Of a stretch of 64,000 bases of DNA, positions 13,006-24,610 are shown one piece after another (positions within the stretch are counted from its first letter, which is position 1; each line of letters opens with the position of its first letter). The position numbers were made by a program, and so were the translations under genes. The DNA is from Squalus acanthias (taxonomy: Eukaryota): positions 132,930,001 through 132,994,000 of the forward strand of contig CM059431.1 of the NCBI GenBank assembly GCA_030390025.1, written 5' to 3'. The notes below the pieces were generated by a model, which saw only the letters and a list, made by a program, of their open reading frames with translations, had not been told where the DNA came from and did no database searches.

Positions 13006-14929
13006 TTTTTGATTATCAATCTGTATAAATTTATATACCAACAAGGAACTTACTCTTTACACAATGCACTCTCTCCCCCACCAACCTCTCCTGCACCTCC
13101 ACCAACCCTCAACTGTCATCTGTGCATTGCTCCTTTAAATAGCTGAGCTGAAGTCGAGTCATCCGTGACGTCATCAGACCCACTCCAGTTAATTGGTCGG
13201 GAAACCTGGAAGTCTGATTCAATTACAGTGGCTTCGTTAAAAAGCCACTGCAAGACGCGTCGCTTCAACATCCGGGTTCCCGACACGATCCAAGGCCCCC
13301 CCACCGCACCCATTCAGCCCTTTGTATTTACACACATTAATAGTTCTGTTAAAAATTACCGAAGCGCTCTGCGTTAATCATCGAGTCTCTGCCGATATCA
13401 ATTTAGCGCCCTTACAGTGCTGAATTCAAAAACTGCTCCAAGCTAATCCTCTGGATAATATCAACAATCCCTGGGTTTTTTTGCAAGTCAATGGAAAGAC
13501 AGATATGAAAATTATGTAGTATACAAAGCTAATTGTAACATTTATTGTAATTGTTTAATTTTTTACACCCATGGGATTCCACATTTTATTAATTTGTATC
13601 TTTTTAAAAATCTGCGAGGTCCACTTTTTGCAGATATGTGCCTGAATGTGTTGGATCCGATTTTTTTACTGTTTATTTTACTGCTGGTTAACAAAGTTAT
13701 TAAAAGCTGAAGAGAAGAAAGCAGCATAATCGTGGCAAATAAAGATGAATAACTTGTGGAAAGAACATAATGAGATGCAATGTGATAAATAAAATTTTCA
13801 GATATTGTTATGCTAATCTACCATGGGAGGAGGGGGAGGTGTGATCGGAGGTTTATGGTCAATAGTTTCCAACAAAGGAGTAAAGTCAGGTTGCAATTAC
13901 AGTGAAATTCTCTTATTTTAAATTAATATCTTTTTTATTCTCCCCACCGCCAATGAATAGGTTTCTAATGGAGAGGCCTTTTTATCAGATTGTTCAAGCA
14001 AACCACCAGGAAGGTGCTGAAGAATCCAGTTGTGCCCCCTTGATTCTATGAAATAAAAGGATAATATTTATAAGAATATTGCTGCTATGACCTTCAATGA
14101 GTCATGCAATTATTGTCATAAATCACATTCACTTCACATCTCAATGATTCCTCTTCAAATTTTTGCTACGGTCCCACTAGGCGTAAATTCAACAAAAAGA
14201 ACGAAGAAGGCAAATGTCTTTCTTTTCTGGTTGAAAACTGCAGAAGATAGCTCAAAGTCCCCACAGACTCCCTCAGGGCTGAGGCTATGATAGACTATTT
14301 TCAACCATTTAGCTTTGCATTATCACTGTTCTTTTTTCTTCATTATTCTCTGCTTATCAAATGCAGCATCACTACAGCAGTCCAAATAGAGAGTTGTAAT
14401 TACCCAGCCTGCCACCTGATAGCACCCCTCCTATCAGCTCCATCTCACAGGGTCCAGCTGCTTCAGTGCAGTATAAAACTTGCCTATGGCTATGCCTGTG
14501 ATAATACATCTCAGATACATTTAAAGTTTCTTCATTTATCGCGAAACCACTGAACCCATGCAATTATTCGCCACTCTCTCCCATTTATTTGTCCATTAAG
14601 GCCACTTTACCTCCCATTTCAATCAAATACTGTCTTGCACTTTTGAAACATTCTAAGGTCATTACCAGTTATTGTTGAGCTGCAACAGAGATGGGAAAAG
14701 GAAAATAATCTCCCCTTTGAATGCAAAGAAAGTGTCTCGGTGAGAGTCTGTTAGCTGATACCAGTACACAGGCAGTTACAAAAAAATGAAAAAGAAAGCA
14801 GGTTGAAATCAACCCCTAAAATAGAGTGTATTTACGAAACGAGAAAATATATTTTTATTTTAAAATATATTTTATTAAAATATAGCAGTTCTGTTGATCA
14901 TTTGACAGTTTCATGTGTATAAATATAAT

Positions 14930-16389
14930 GGGCCATAATTTGCAGTGAGTATGACGGTGTACTCTCAGCGTATGCTGTCATGCCGCCTTTGAAATGGACA
15001 GCAAGTTTGGGATTTCCAAGTGCATGCGCTAAATCCCGAACTTGCTATCTGTCAAGTTCTGACTTGACAGATGATCCGCACTGATGTTGAAATCCTAATT
15101 GCTGGTGCAGAGTTGGGCTAATTGCCCACCAACCGCCCAGCAATTACGTATGAAAATTTTACGGCTGGTGCAAACAGGCACAGCGTAAGGGGATACCTTC
15201 TGACAAATCAAAGTATATTTAATTTCAAAAGCTATATGAGGCCTGAAATGAAGCATTTACATGTGACCCACAGGATTTTGTCCATGAAAAGTATTTATTG
15301 TCCATGAAAAGTAAAGAACTGTCTTCCAATAGATTTTTGAAGAAAGCATTATTCCCAGGTTTTTAAAATGTTTTTGCTGGGAGGAATAAAACCCAGGTGC
15401 AGCAGGCGGTTAAGAAGGCAAATGGTATGTTGGCCTTCATAGCGAGAGGATTCGAGTACAAGAGCAAGGATGTCTTGCTGCAGTTGTACAGGGCCTTGGT
15501 GAGACCACACCTTGAGTATTGTGTGCAGTTTTGGTCGCCTTATCTGAGGAAGGATGTTCTTGCCATGGAGGGAGTGCAGCGAAGATTCACCAGACTGATA
15601 CCTGGGATGGCAGGAATGACATATGAAGAGAGATTGGGTCGATTAGGCTTATATTCGCTAGAGTTTAGAAGAATGAGAAGGGATCTCATTGAAACTTATA
15701 AAATTCTAACAGGACTAGACAGACTAGATGCAGGAAGGATGTTCCCGATGGCGGGGGAGTCCAGAACCAGGGATCACAGTCTAAGGATAAGGGGTAAGCC
15801 ATTTCGGACTGAGATGAGGAGGAATTTCTTCACCCAGAGAGTGGTGAACCTGTGGAATTCTCTACCACAGAAGGCAGTTGAGGCCAATTCATTAAATATA
15901 TTCAAGAAGGAGTTAGATATATTTCTTAAGGCTAAAGGGATCAAGGGATATGGAGAGAAAGCAGGGACAGGGTACTGAATTTGGATGATCAGCCATGATC
16001 TCATTAAATGGTGGAGCAGGCTCGAGGGGCCGAATGGCCCACTCCTGCTCCTATTTCTATGTTTCTATGAAAATGTAGATGACTTACAAAATGCATTCTG
16101 CACACACCCAGACCTCCAAATCACAAATTTAAGTTATTTTTGAAGTTCTGAAGTGCAAAGACTAACGATCTCTAATAGTATTAATGAGAGACCTTCTGTT
16201 TGCTGTTTGGAGCACCGGCCCACGTGATCCCAGGTACACTTACGCAGACGGTGCACCCCTGGGATCCGTGGGCCACTACGCTGCCCTCTACTACACAGCG
16301 TCTGACAGCAACTTCTCGGAGGAGGGGTCCCCGCAGGTAAGTGCGCCTTCCATTCGGATGCTGGCGACGTAATCCGCAAAATCCAAGCC
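14930..16389. mobile_element. Non-autonomous Harbinger-like element interrupted by CR1
   Basis: Termini GGGCCATAATTTGC / GCAAAATCCAAGCC, TSD AAT. Confidence 0.6.
15394..16069 (+). mobile_element. CR1 LINE 3' fragment (ORF2 C-terminus and 3' UTR)
   Basis: LYRALVRPHLEYCVQFWSP...FFTQRVVNLWNSLP; TTTCTATG-type tail. Confidence 0.95.
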
Positions 16390-17087
16390 AATATAAACCC
16401 AAAATTGATGAGTGCGTTCTTTAAATTCCTTCCTAATTTCTATAATTTGGAAAATAATACAGGCTCAGTGGACATAAATATTATACAACAGAGGTTAAAT
16501 GTTGATGAGTGGTAACTTTCACAAGATATTTAATTGAATGATCTTGTGCCACAACTTTATTGGAACTGCAATATTAGTTAAAAAAATTTCAAAACCTTCT
16601 GTATTCTAATCCTATTTACTTATAAGAATATTTTAAAATGATTTGGGCTATATTTTGATAGATGCTATTGCATGCCTCTGATCAGTGAGAAGATGGAATC
16701 ATATATGTAAGGTACACAGACATTATCTCAAGTTTTAGACATAAATAAATAAGGACTTTAAGTTATCTGGTTGAATGGTACACACACGGGGAAAAATTCG
16801 GTTGGCTTGCGCCTCCCGTTAGCGCCCTAAGAGGGCGCTAATGGGGTGCAAAGCAACTAGCGCCCGGGCGCGGCGAGGTTTGCGCCGCTTGCGAAATTGA
16901 CTTGAGTTTTTGCGGCGGCACAAAAGTTTAGCGCCCCGATCTCCTGCGCCCGCAGATCATGATGTCAGTCAAGCGTGCAACGCCCTTGTGGCGCCCCGGA
17001 CCGGATATTGAGTGACGCCCCCCTCCTTTCCACCTGGCGCAAGCAACGACAGGGAGACTGGAATGGTGAGAGGCTGGGGGGGGGCGC

Positions 17088-17095
17088 TATTTAAA
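17088..17095 (+). promoter_or_regulatory. Putative TATA box of the transposase gene
   Basis: TATTTAAA upstream of the ORF; equivalent TATATAAA at ~55651 in element H. Confidence 0.4.
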
Positions 17096-17218
17096 GGCGG
17101 TCTCTTCCTGGCTTTTTCTGTGGTAGACATTTTTGCACCACTCATTCTGACAGAGAGAGAGATTCTGAGAGAGAGATAGAGAGACTTTCACATAGAGTCA
17201 ACGCTGTGTGAAGTAGTT

Positions 17219-18436
17219 TTGGCTACTGAGCATCACTTTGCAGGTACTTTTGGATTTGACCTTCATTACTTCGATTGCCAAGAGACTTTGGGGGCTGCAC
17301 TGATTTGGGGCGTCTTCCTGTGCCTGCAGAATCGGAGGCAACATAGACGCAGAGAGAGACTGGCAATCATGGCCAGGCGGAGGAGGGCCAACAGGCCTCT
17401 GCACAGGAGACCTTACCCTCCCAGGGTATTCTGGGAACAATTCTCCTACATTCATTTGTCTGAGGAGCAGTGTTTGCGCAGGCTGCGCTTCAGCAAAGAG
17501 GTGGTCACTGAGCTCTGCCACCCGCTGCAGCCAGATCTGCAGCCTCAACTGAGGACCAGGACGTCTCTGTCAGTGGCAGTGAAGGTCACAGTGGCTCTGA
17601 ATTTTTATGCCATCGGCTCCTTTCAAGCAGCTACTGGGAACATCGCCAATATCTCCCAGTTCGCGGTCCATTGCTGTATCCGTCAGGTCACAAATGCCCT
17701 CTATAAAAGGAGACGCCAGTACATCTCTTTCCCGATGACCCGGGCCAAACAGCATGAACGCGCATGTGGCTTTGCTAGGATAGCGGGCTTCCCCATGGTG
17801 CAGGGCGCCATTGACTGCACGCATGTGGCATTGCGGGCACCGCATGAGAATGCAGAGGATTTCCGCAACCGCAAGGGGTTCCACTCCTTAAACGTCCAGT
17901 TGGTCTGTGACCACAGACAGCTGATACTCGCTGTCAATGTCCGCTATCCTGGCAGCAGCCACGATGCTTTCATCCTGCACCAGACTGCTGTGCCAGAACT
18001 TTTCCAGGCACCACATCAGCCAAGTGGTTGGCTCCTCGGGGACAAGGGTTATCCACAATGCACCTGGCTGATGACACTGCTCCGTAACCCCAACACCCCT
18101 GCTGAGCTGCGGTACAATGAGAGCCATCTCACCACCAGGAACATCGTTGAGCAGACGATCGGCGTGCTCAAGCAACGGTTCCGCTGTCTGGACCACTCAG
18201 GAGGAGCCCTGCAGTACTTGCCTGAGCGAGTCTCCCTCTTCATAGTGTGCTGCATGCTTCACAACCTGGCAATCCTGAGGACCCAGCCAATGTCACCAGG
18301 CCTTGGAGCACCACCTGAGGAGGAGGAAGAGGAAGAAGAGGAGGATGATCAGCAGCAGCACCAAGGCGGGAGGGAGGCCCACAACGTTGAAACTGCAAGG
18401 GCCGTCCGTCAACGGCTGATAACAAGCCGCTTCTAG
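17219..18436 (+). CDS. PIF/Harbinger DDE transposase (HARBI1-like family), uninterrupted ORF; likely start at ATG 17369 or at TTG 17288, the position where homologues have ATG
   Basis: GAIDCTH (D), NRKGFHS, YPGSSHDAFIL, LLGDKGY (D), RNIVEQTIGVLKQRFRCL (E), CCMLHN and an acidic tail; no stops or frameshifts. Confidence 0.9.
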   Translation: MATEHHFAGTFGFDLHYFDCQETLGAALIWGVFLCLQNRRQHRRRERLAIMARRRRANRPLHRRPYPPRVFWEQFSYIHLSEEQCLRRLRFSKEVVTELCHPLQPDLQPQLRTRTSLSVAVKVTVALNFYAIGSFQAATGNIANISQFAVHCCIRQVTNALYKRRRQYISFPMTRAKQHERACGFARIAGFPMVQGAIDCTHVALRAPHENAEDFRNRKGFHSLNVQLVCDHRQLILAVNVRYPGSSHDAFILHQTAVPELFQAPHQPSGWLLGDKGYPQCTWLMTLLRNPNTPAELRYNESHLTTRNIVEQTIGVLKQRFRCLDHSGGALQYLPERVSLFIVCCMLHNLAILRTQPMSPGLGAPPEEEEEEEEEDDQQQHQGGREAHNVETARAVRQRLITSRF

Positions 18437-20543
18437 GCCCCTATTGAGGAAATGGCTTCTGGCATGGAGAACAACATGAATGAAAGCAACCCGCAACCCA
18501 AAAACCGGCCAAGGCAGCAATGATTCCAAAGGCCAAACCTGTACATTTTGAATACAAAAACTTTTTTATTTTACAAATTCTGTGTGTGTCATTTCTTCAT
18601 GACAAACTAATAGAAACAAACACAAAAAATCATTCATTAACATAACTGGTTCTCACAACCTGGAGATAATGTCCAAAACACTAAACAAAAGTTTGAACAC
18701 GAACCTCGCCTGTAATATCAGAGGCGACTTTCAGACTGAAACCATTAATTGGGTCATGGGTTCCCACATGCTGGAACTCAATTGCCCAATTAAGTGAAAA
18801 TTGCATCATTCATCCACATTAATCTGGAGTCGGGGGGACAACACGAAATGCGGATGACACGACCCCAACCCGACCCCAAGACAAAATCCAGGCAACTCTC
18901 TCCACAGATGCTGCCTGACCTGCTGAGTATGTTGTTGTTTTGTTCTTTAATGTTTAATTGTAAAGTCAGTGATGTACTGTGAACTGAAAGTTGGATTCAC
19001 TTTTTTCGCATATGGGCTGAATTTTGCCGGCGCTCAGAGGGCGGGTTTGGAGGCGGGTCCACTGTCAAAATTGAAATGATTGACAGCGGGTTGGGAGCCC
19101 GCGCCGAACCCGCCTCCATGTAAGTTTCCAAAGTGTCAGGTCTGCGATTTCAGAACAGACCCGACACCAAGCGGCGGGGGAGGCATTTAAGATACTTAAC
19201 TGCTTGTTAAGTGCTTGTTTACTACTATTTTGCCAGCCTTTTTCTATTTTCCCACATTTTTAACGGGGTTCACGTCGTTCGGAGATCATGTCAGGTAAGT
19301 AGGTCGGGTTCTCTGTCAGAAGCTTGAGCCTTCAGGACTTGGAAGGCACTTTTGAGCTGTATGCAGTTTGGAAGTGTTTGGAGTAAACTCTCTATCCACT
19401 GTCACCTCCTTGGAGCAAGCTCTCTCACCATTGACAGATCGCTTCTGTCATCTCAACTTCAGCTGCCATCTATTCCAGCAACATCGGTGCCCTTCAAAAA
19501 ATCTCACCTTGGTCCTCTGAATCCCTCCACGATCAGCCCCAACACCAACAGCACCAGGCACACCAACATCACCAACAACAATACCAATCTTCTCCATAAT
19601 CATCTGATGTTGCACAGGACACAGGGCATCAGCACCCGACAACATTGCTGCCCAGGAGGCCAGCGATGGCATCACCATGGCCAGATTTACTTCACTTGAC
19701 GCTGTACACCCTGGCTGCCACATGATGCGCCAGATTACCACCACCCCACACCAGCACCATAAAGCATTCCTACAATGACCAAGCCATTCCTTTCACACTC
19801 AGCACCATTGCGGGGGATACTGTTATTTCTCACCATTCACTGGAACTCACTAAGACACTTCCAAAGGTGAGCACAGATCTGTCCAATAAGGCATAGTGTT
19901 GAGAATAAAGATTTCAATGTTTGACAACACATTAACAGAAAATTTACATGAACATTGCATAAAACACCCAATGCCTACCCTTGTGTGTTGTTAGTTGGTA
20001 TGCTTACAGTAGGATGAGGGTGAGTGTGAGAGGTGGCTAGTGAGATGGGGATGTGATAATGCCGATAGAGAGGGATTGGTGGAGGTGCAAGGTAAGTTGG
20101 TGTGAGTAAGGATGTGCAGGAGTAGGGTAGGGAAGGCAGAGTTATGGCGATGTGATGAGTGACACAGCAGGATGAGGTTGAGTGTGGCTTTGCAGTAACG
20201 TTTCGTGATCTACTGAGATCATTGAAAGTTTTGCGCCACTGCAGCCTGGTCCTCCTGACGACATCCCTGCTTGTGTCCTCCTGTGCAACGTGCAACCAGG
20301 CTGCTTTGATCTCCTGGAGAAGTGTCTTCTGCCCTTGGAAGGGATGAGAACCTCCCTGCCTGCTGTGACTCCCTCCATAAGCATATGGAGGGAGTCATGG
20401 GAGAGCCTGGGTGCAGCCGTGCACCTGTAAGGGTTTCTCTGAACCTGTGGGATTCGTGTGGCTCTGTGCAGCCTGGATGCTAGTGCGGGTTTAGGCCTTG
20501 TTGCCTGTTCTGGTCTCCAGCCAGTCTGGGAGCACTAGACACC

Positions 20544-22121
20544 TGTGAGTGGTTCGACCCACTCGCCCTTACGGTTCTGACACTGGACTTAGATGCGAGA
20601 GCAGTAATGGAGAGAAAACTCAGGTAGACCCGGTTGAATGGTACGAAATGGAAAATCTTTATTGCATATTATTCAATATTACGAAATACATGTCATAAGC
20701 ACAGATTAATGACATTACAATCTTACACGCAGTTATGTAACTAATTTCAGGGAAACGAGGAACGAACGACACATCATAAATGGGGGCACACATTACAGTT
20801 ATCCTTAAAACTTAAACCCTCCCCTATCAATACCTGCTCTAAACTAGACTTGTAGGATCGAGACTCATGCTCACCACTCGTGATAACTCGGAGAATTCCG
20901 AAAACTCTGATCGGATGTTTTTCCACCGCAGCACCTGATCACCCACGTGTTGATCAGGGGTCTCTGTACCCCACTTGTTTACTCGTTTCTGCTCCGGCTA
21001 GCAGGCTGGACCGTCTGCTGTCATGAAGATCTGTGTTGTCCTCGGAGTTCCGACTCTACTCAAAAAAAGAGTCTTCCTGTGCTCTCGCACTGATGCGATA
21101 AAATTCGAAGAATAGTCTTCCTGCCAGTTGGGTAGCAGTTACTGATTTATCGAGCGCGGCCGGGGCTTACTGACCGTGACGAGATATATTGTCGTCTTCT
21201 CTTCTCATCTCATCTCATCTCATCTCATCTCGTCTCATCTCGTCTCGGGCCTTCGGTTCCAACACCGTTTACCGACTTCTCGGGATGGTGCGCCCGTTTC
21301 AAGGCTTCACAGCCCAGTTCCACACAGATCTTCGCGGCACGCCACGAGGCAGATCCTGGCGGATCGTAAAGTTCAACAGTCTTTCAAGCTGCAAGAGGCA
21401 GAGACACGAGGCAAACGGCACGAGTCGAAAGGATAAGAGCACAGGAGCAGCCACGAGGATAAATGCCAGCAAGATAAGAGGATAAGAGAGAGATGGACGG
21501 TTGGAGCTTGCAGTTATAGTGCAAAACTCTTCCTTTTCCCGCCCAACCTTAATGTCTTTTCTTTTGTTAGGGTTTTGGCGCTCAAATTTCTTGTATAGGG
21601 TGATCTCCGTTTTAATGGGTTTCGGGGATACTCGTAACTGTCTGAGTACCTGTTAATATTTCTCCCATTGTTTAATCGGTCGGTGTTCTCCCTGGAGGGG
21701 TTTTGGGGCTCCCAAATGTTTTCTGTAACTACCCACTAACGGCTCTCTCATCGTAGAGTCGTTGGGATTTTGCATATTAATGTCTTTGGATGGCTTCTTG
21801 ATTACTTGGTACAATAGCCCTTATTCGCACCTGGGAGACCGATTTCAGTATTTATGTGTATACTGCAAACCCATGATGTCTCGTGTATTATCTTAAATGT
21901 GCTTAGTCTTGATCGATCTTGCACAAATGTTTATTGGAACGCCATCTTGTCTGCTTGTCGAAAACTCTAGAATGTTCCGCCACGAGGCGTGGCGGCCATT
22001 TTACAGGCTGCTTGTGTCCACTTTGAAAACCTGACAGCATTCTGCTGAAATAAAGCTGTTTGAACGAAACTATGTGTTTTTCTCCTTATTTATAAAATCG
22101 CGATATATTGCGAATTCTACA
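20544..22121 (-). mobile_element. Solo LTR (1578 bp) of an LTR retroelement or ERV; orientation tentative
   Basis: TGT...ACA termini; 4-bp TSD CACC (20540-20543, 22122-22125); minus-strand TATAA 21514-21518 and AATAAA 20658-20663; CpG-rich; no recognisable ORF. Confidence 0.8.
21203..21247. repeat. (TCTCA)n pentanucleotide microsatellite within the LTR
   Basis: Direct reading of the sequence. Confidence 0.9.
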
Positions 22122-22410
22122 CACCTTTATGGAAACCAGCATCAAATGACATCATCAGACCCGCTTCCTTTTAATTGGCCGGGAACCCTACTGGGCGTGC
22201 TTAACAAGCCCTATTAACAGAAAATCCTTTTCACAGAGCGGCTGTAGCCGGGAGCGGAACCGGATCCCGCCAACTACCTCTCCCGCTGCGAACCTGCCTC
22301 TGCTGGCAAAATCGCGGCCATACTGTTAAAATTTAGGGGAAAGAACAGTCAACGTCACAGCTTCCCTGACTTACTCAAGTATTTTACACCATAAAATACT
22401 TTGATATTAT

Positions 22411-22545
22411 GGGGGCGAATTTCCTTAGAGCTTCTCCTGCTCCATAACTTCGGTGGAAACCCTGTTTATGCGTAAATGAGGTTTCTGCCACACTTCCATC
22501 AGAGTTACGGCAGTGGAGGAGGAGAAGCTCCGAGGAACTTCACCA
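22411..22545. mobile_element. Fold-back MITE (Harbinger-like)
   Basis: GGGGCGAATTTCCTTAGAGCTTCTCCT... / ...AGGAGAAGCTCCGAGGAACTTCACC. Confidence 0.65.
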
Positions 22546-22924
22546 TTCATGTCACAGAAACTTAAGTCACATGGGGAGTGAAATTCATGCCTTCATTAAA
22601 TTTAGCAAAAAAGTACACATTGCTTTACACTCGTGTCTTATTTTCTGTTGCTAAAATTTGTGAAGACTGGCATTTCACTTCACTGGGTCATGAGCATAAC
22701 AACATTTACTTATCCTTTTTAAATATCATGTCACTATGTGCTACAAACTGGAGAGATAATCTTACATTAAAGGTTTTCGAGTTTGGATGTTTATGCATCT
22801 TTTAACCCTTTACTCAACATTTTGTATCCTTCTATTTCATCCTATCTGCCTAAATCATTGAGATATCTACATTTGACTCACTTGAAATGGGAAAGTCTTT
22901 TCTTGTGTTTAAAAAATCTTTACT

Positions 22925-23330
22925 TGACTCAGTGAATAAATGCATTGCTGCTATTATATTGGCCAAAGGAAACCAGAAAACTTCCAAGTTCAATCTCTGG
23001 TCTGTGCTGAGTCGGTTGATCCAAACCAGAAAGCGGGGTGGATGAGCTATAATTGGCCTCAGTGTCCCCAGGCTAAGGAGAGGAAAAATCACCTAGAGTT
23101 CCTGCTCTTGATCATTATCTGTTGACCCCTGCTAGATAGTATACACGTATCAATGTCAAGCGAGGCAGTTCAGGCTCGGCTGCAATGCTCCCCAAGTCAA
23201 ATAACCTGTGAACAATCATTACCTAGGCTCAAACATTAAGAATGGCCAATTGGACAAGGAACCAGAGGGATACTGACATCCATGGAAGTGTATGGAAGCA
23301 TGTGCTATGAATCAGAGCCTTCAGAAGAGG
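22925..23330 (+). mobile_element. Old SINE-like repeat
   Basis: Degenerate B-box-like GTTCAATC; similar to 2520-2770. Confidence 0.4.
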
Positions 23331-24610
23331 AGAAAAATTGGAGAAAAAACCTGCACTGGTAATCTTTCTTTAAATTTGAGGTTGTGCTGTTTTCAGTAAA
23401 ATTCACAGTGCCATTTCATTTATCCGATAAAATAATATAACAACTTATATTTATACAGTGCCTTTTCCAAGGTACTTCACAGATGTTTAATAAGACAAAA
23501 GTCAACACTGTTGGCAATCAAAGAGTTAAGTTGAATGGCAAAATAAATGGGATTCAGCAATTTCAACACTGGATTACTGGAAATCATGAAGATACAAGTT
23601 GGTGTATCACATCAGATGTTTATTGGATTATCGGTAACTTATTTTACAGATAGTGCTAAAATCGGCTGCTACTTCTGATAGAATGGTGCCAGCACTGAAG
23701 GCAGATTGGTCTGGACTTTACTGATCACTGTGAGAAACCTCTGTGGGTTTGTCCATTTCTGTGGGTCAAGCTGTCACCTATATTTTTATGAGTTTTGACA
23801 TTTGAGGAAGATATGATGAGAGCATTTTAGTTTTTTCAAGTGAGATAGTTAGTTGTTTATAAGAATCAGTAAGTAGCATAGGATTGGGGATTTACATTCA
23901 CTGCCCTATGTGAGCAGAGCTGGAAATGAAATCCAGCTCTCACAAATGAATGTTTGTTTGTCCTGATTATAGATCCTTTCAAGTCGAGTTAATTTCAGCC
24001 CCCATGTCAAATGACATCCGGATAAGGCCACACCAAGAATGATTTCTGGTTCATTTCAAAAACTCCACCTTGTTTTCTCTAGTATTTAGATCATTAAAGC
24101 TGGAAAGATAAAGACTTTGCATTGAATAGATTCAGTAAACCGTATCTCCAAAAATATCTCACATACCTTTTAGATTATGGCTTTCACTATTGGTATTTCT
24201 AGGTATGTAGCTTTTACAGTAGAGCTGTATCTATTTGTATGTGAATTTGTACCAATGTAATACCCATTTATGGTAAGATAAATTTTATTGACTATGAACT
24301 TCTGTTCTTACATTACAGGCTAAATTTTCCGATTGTGTGCTTCCAGCATGGGGCATCACCGGCAGCACATATCAGGAAACTGTACGCATGCAGCCCATGA
24401 ATTTCTGCCCAACAATTTTAATAAATAGAACATAATGCATTGTGTGCCTGCTATTTCCCAATATGCACTACTGCCAGGCGAGAATCAATGCCGGGAACCC
24501 CTGCGTACTTATACTGCCTACACTTAGGGGTTGAATTTCAGCAAATTCTTCTGATCGTCCACTGTAACTTCGGCGGAACATCCACAGAAACCCCGGGGAA
24601 ATTATGCAAA

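Larger units (their letters stand above)
9756..13320. mobile_element. Defective two-gene PIF/Harbinger transposon (element C)
   Basis: Termini GGCCAGAAT / ATTCAGCCC, TSD TTT; convergent transposase and Myb-like remnants. Confidence 0.8.
16788..18890 (+). mobile_element. Harbinger-type element carrying only a transposase gene (element D); ends poorly matched
   Basis: GC-rich left end with repeated GCGCC motifs; right end ...ACAAAATCCAGGC; no Myb gene inside. Confidence 0.6.
19014..22319. mobile_element. Deleted Harbinger element (E) with a Myb exon-1 remnant on the minus strand (20190-20430), interrupted by a solo LTR
   Basis: TIRs GGGCTGAATTTTGCCGGC / GCTGGCAAAATCGCGGCC; left end closely matches the 31505-31551 end of element F; LQWRKTFNDL motif. 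Confidence 0.8.

Noticed and set aside
17219..18436. Calling this ORF the host gene HARBI1
   Set aside because: It is intronless, sits between transposon-like ends and closely resembles the degraded transposases of neighbouring elements; orthology cannot be shown from the sequence alone.
21176..21485. ORFs with SSHLI repeats inside the LTR
   Set aside because: They are products of the (TCTCA)n microsatellite.
19011..22322. TSD for Harbinger element E
   Set aside because: The flanks read TAT and ATA and do not match, so no TSD is claimed.
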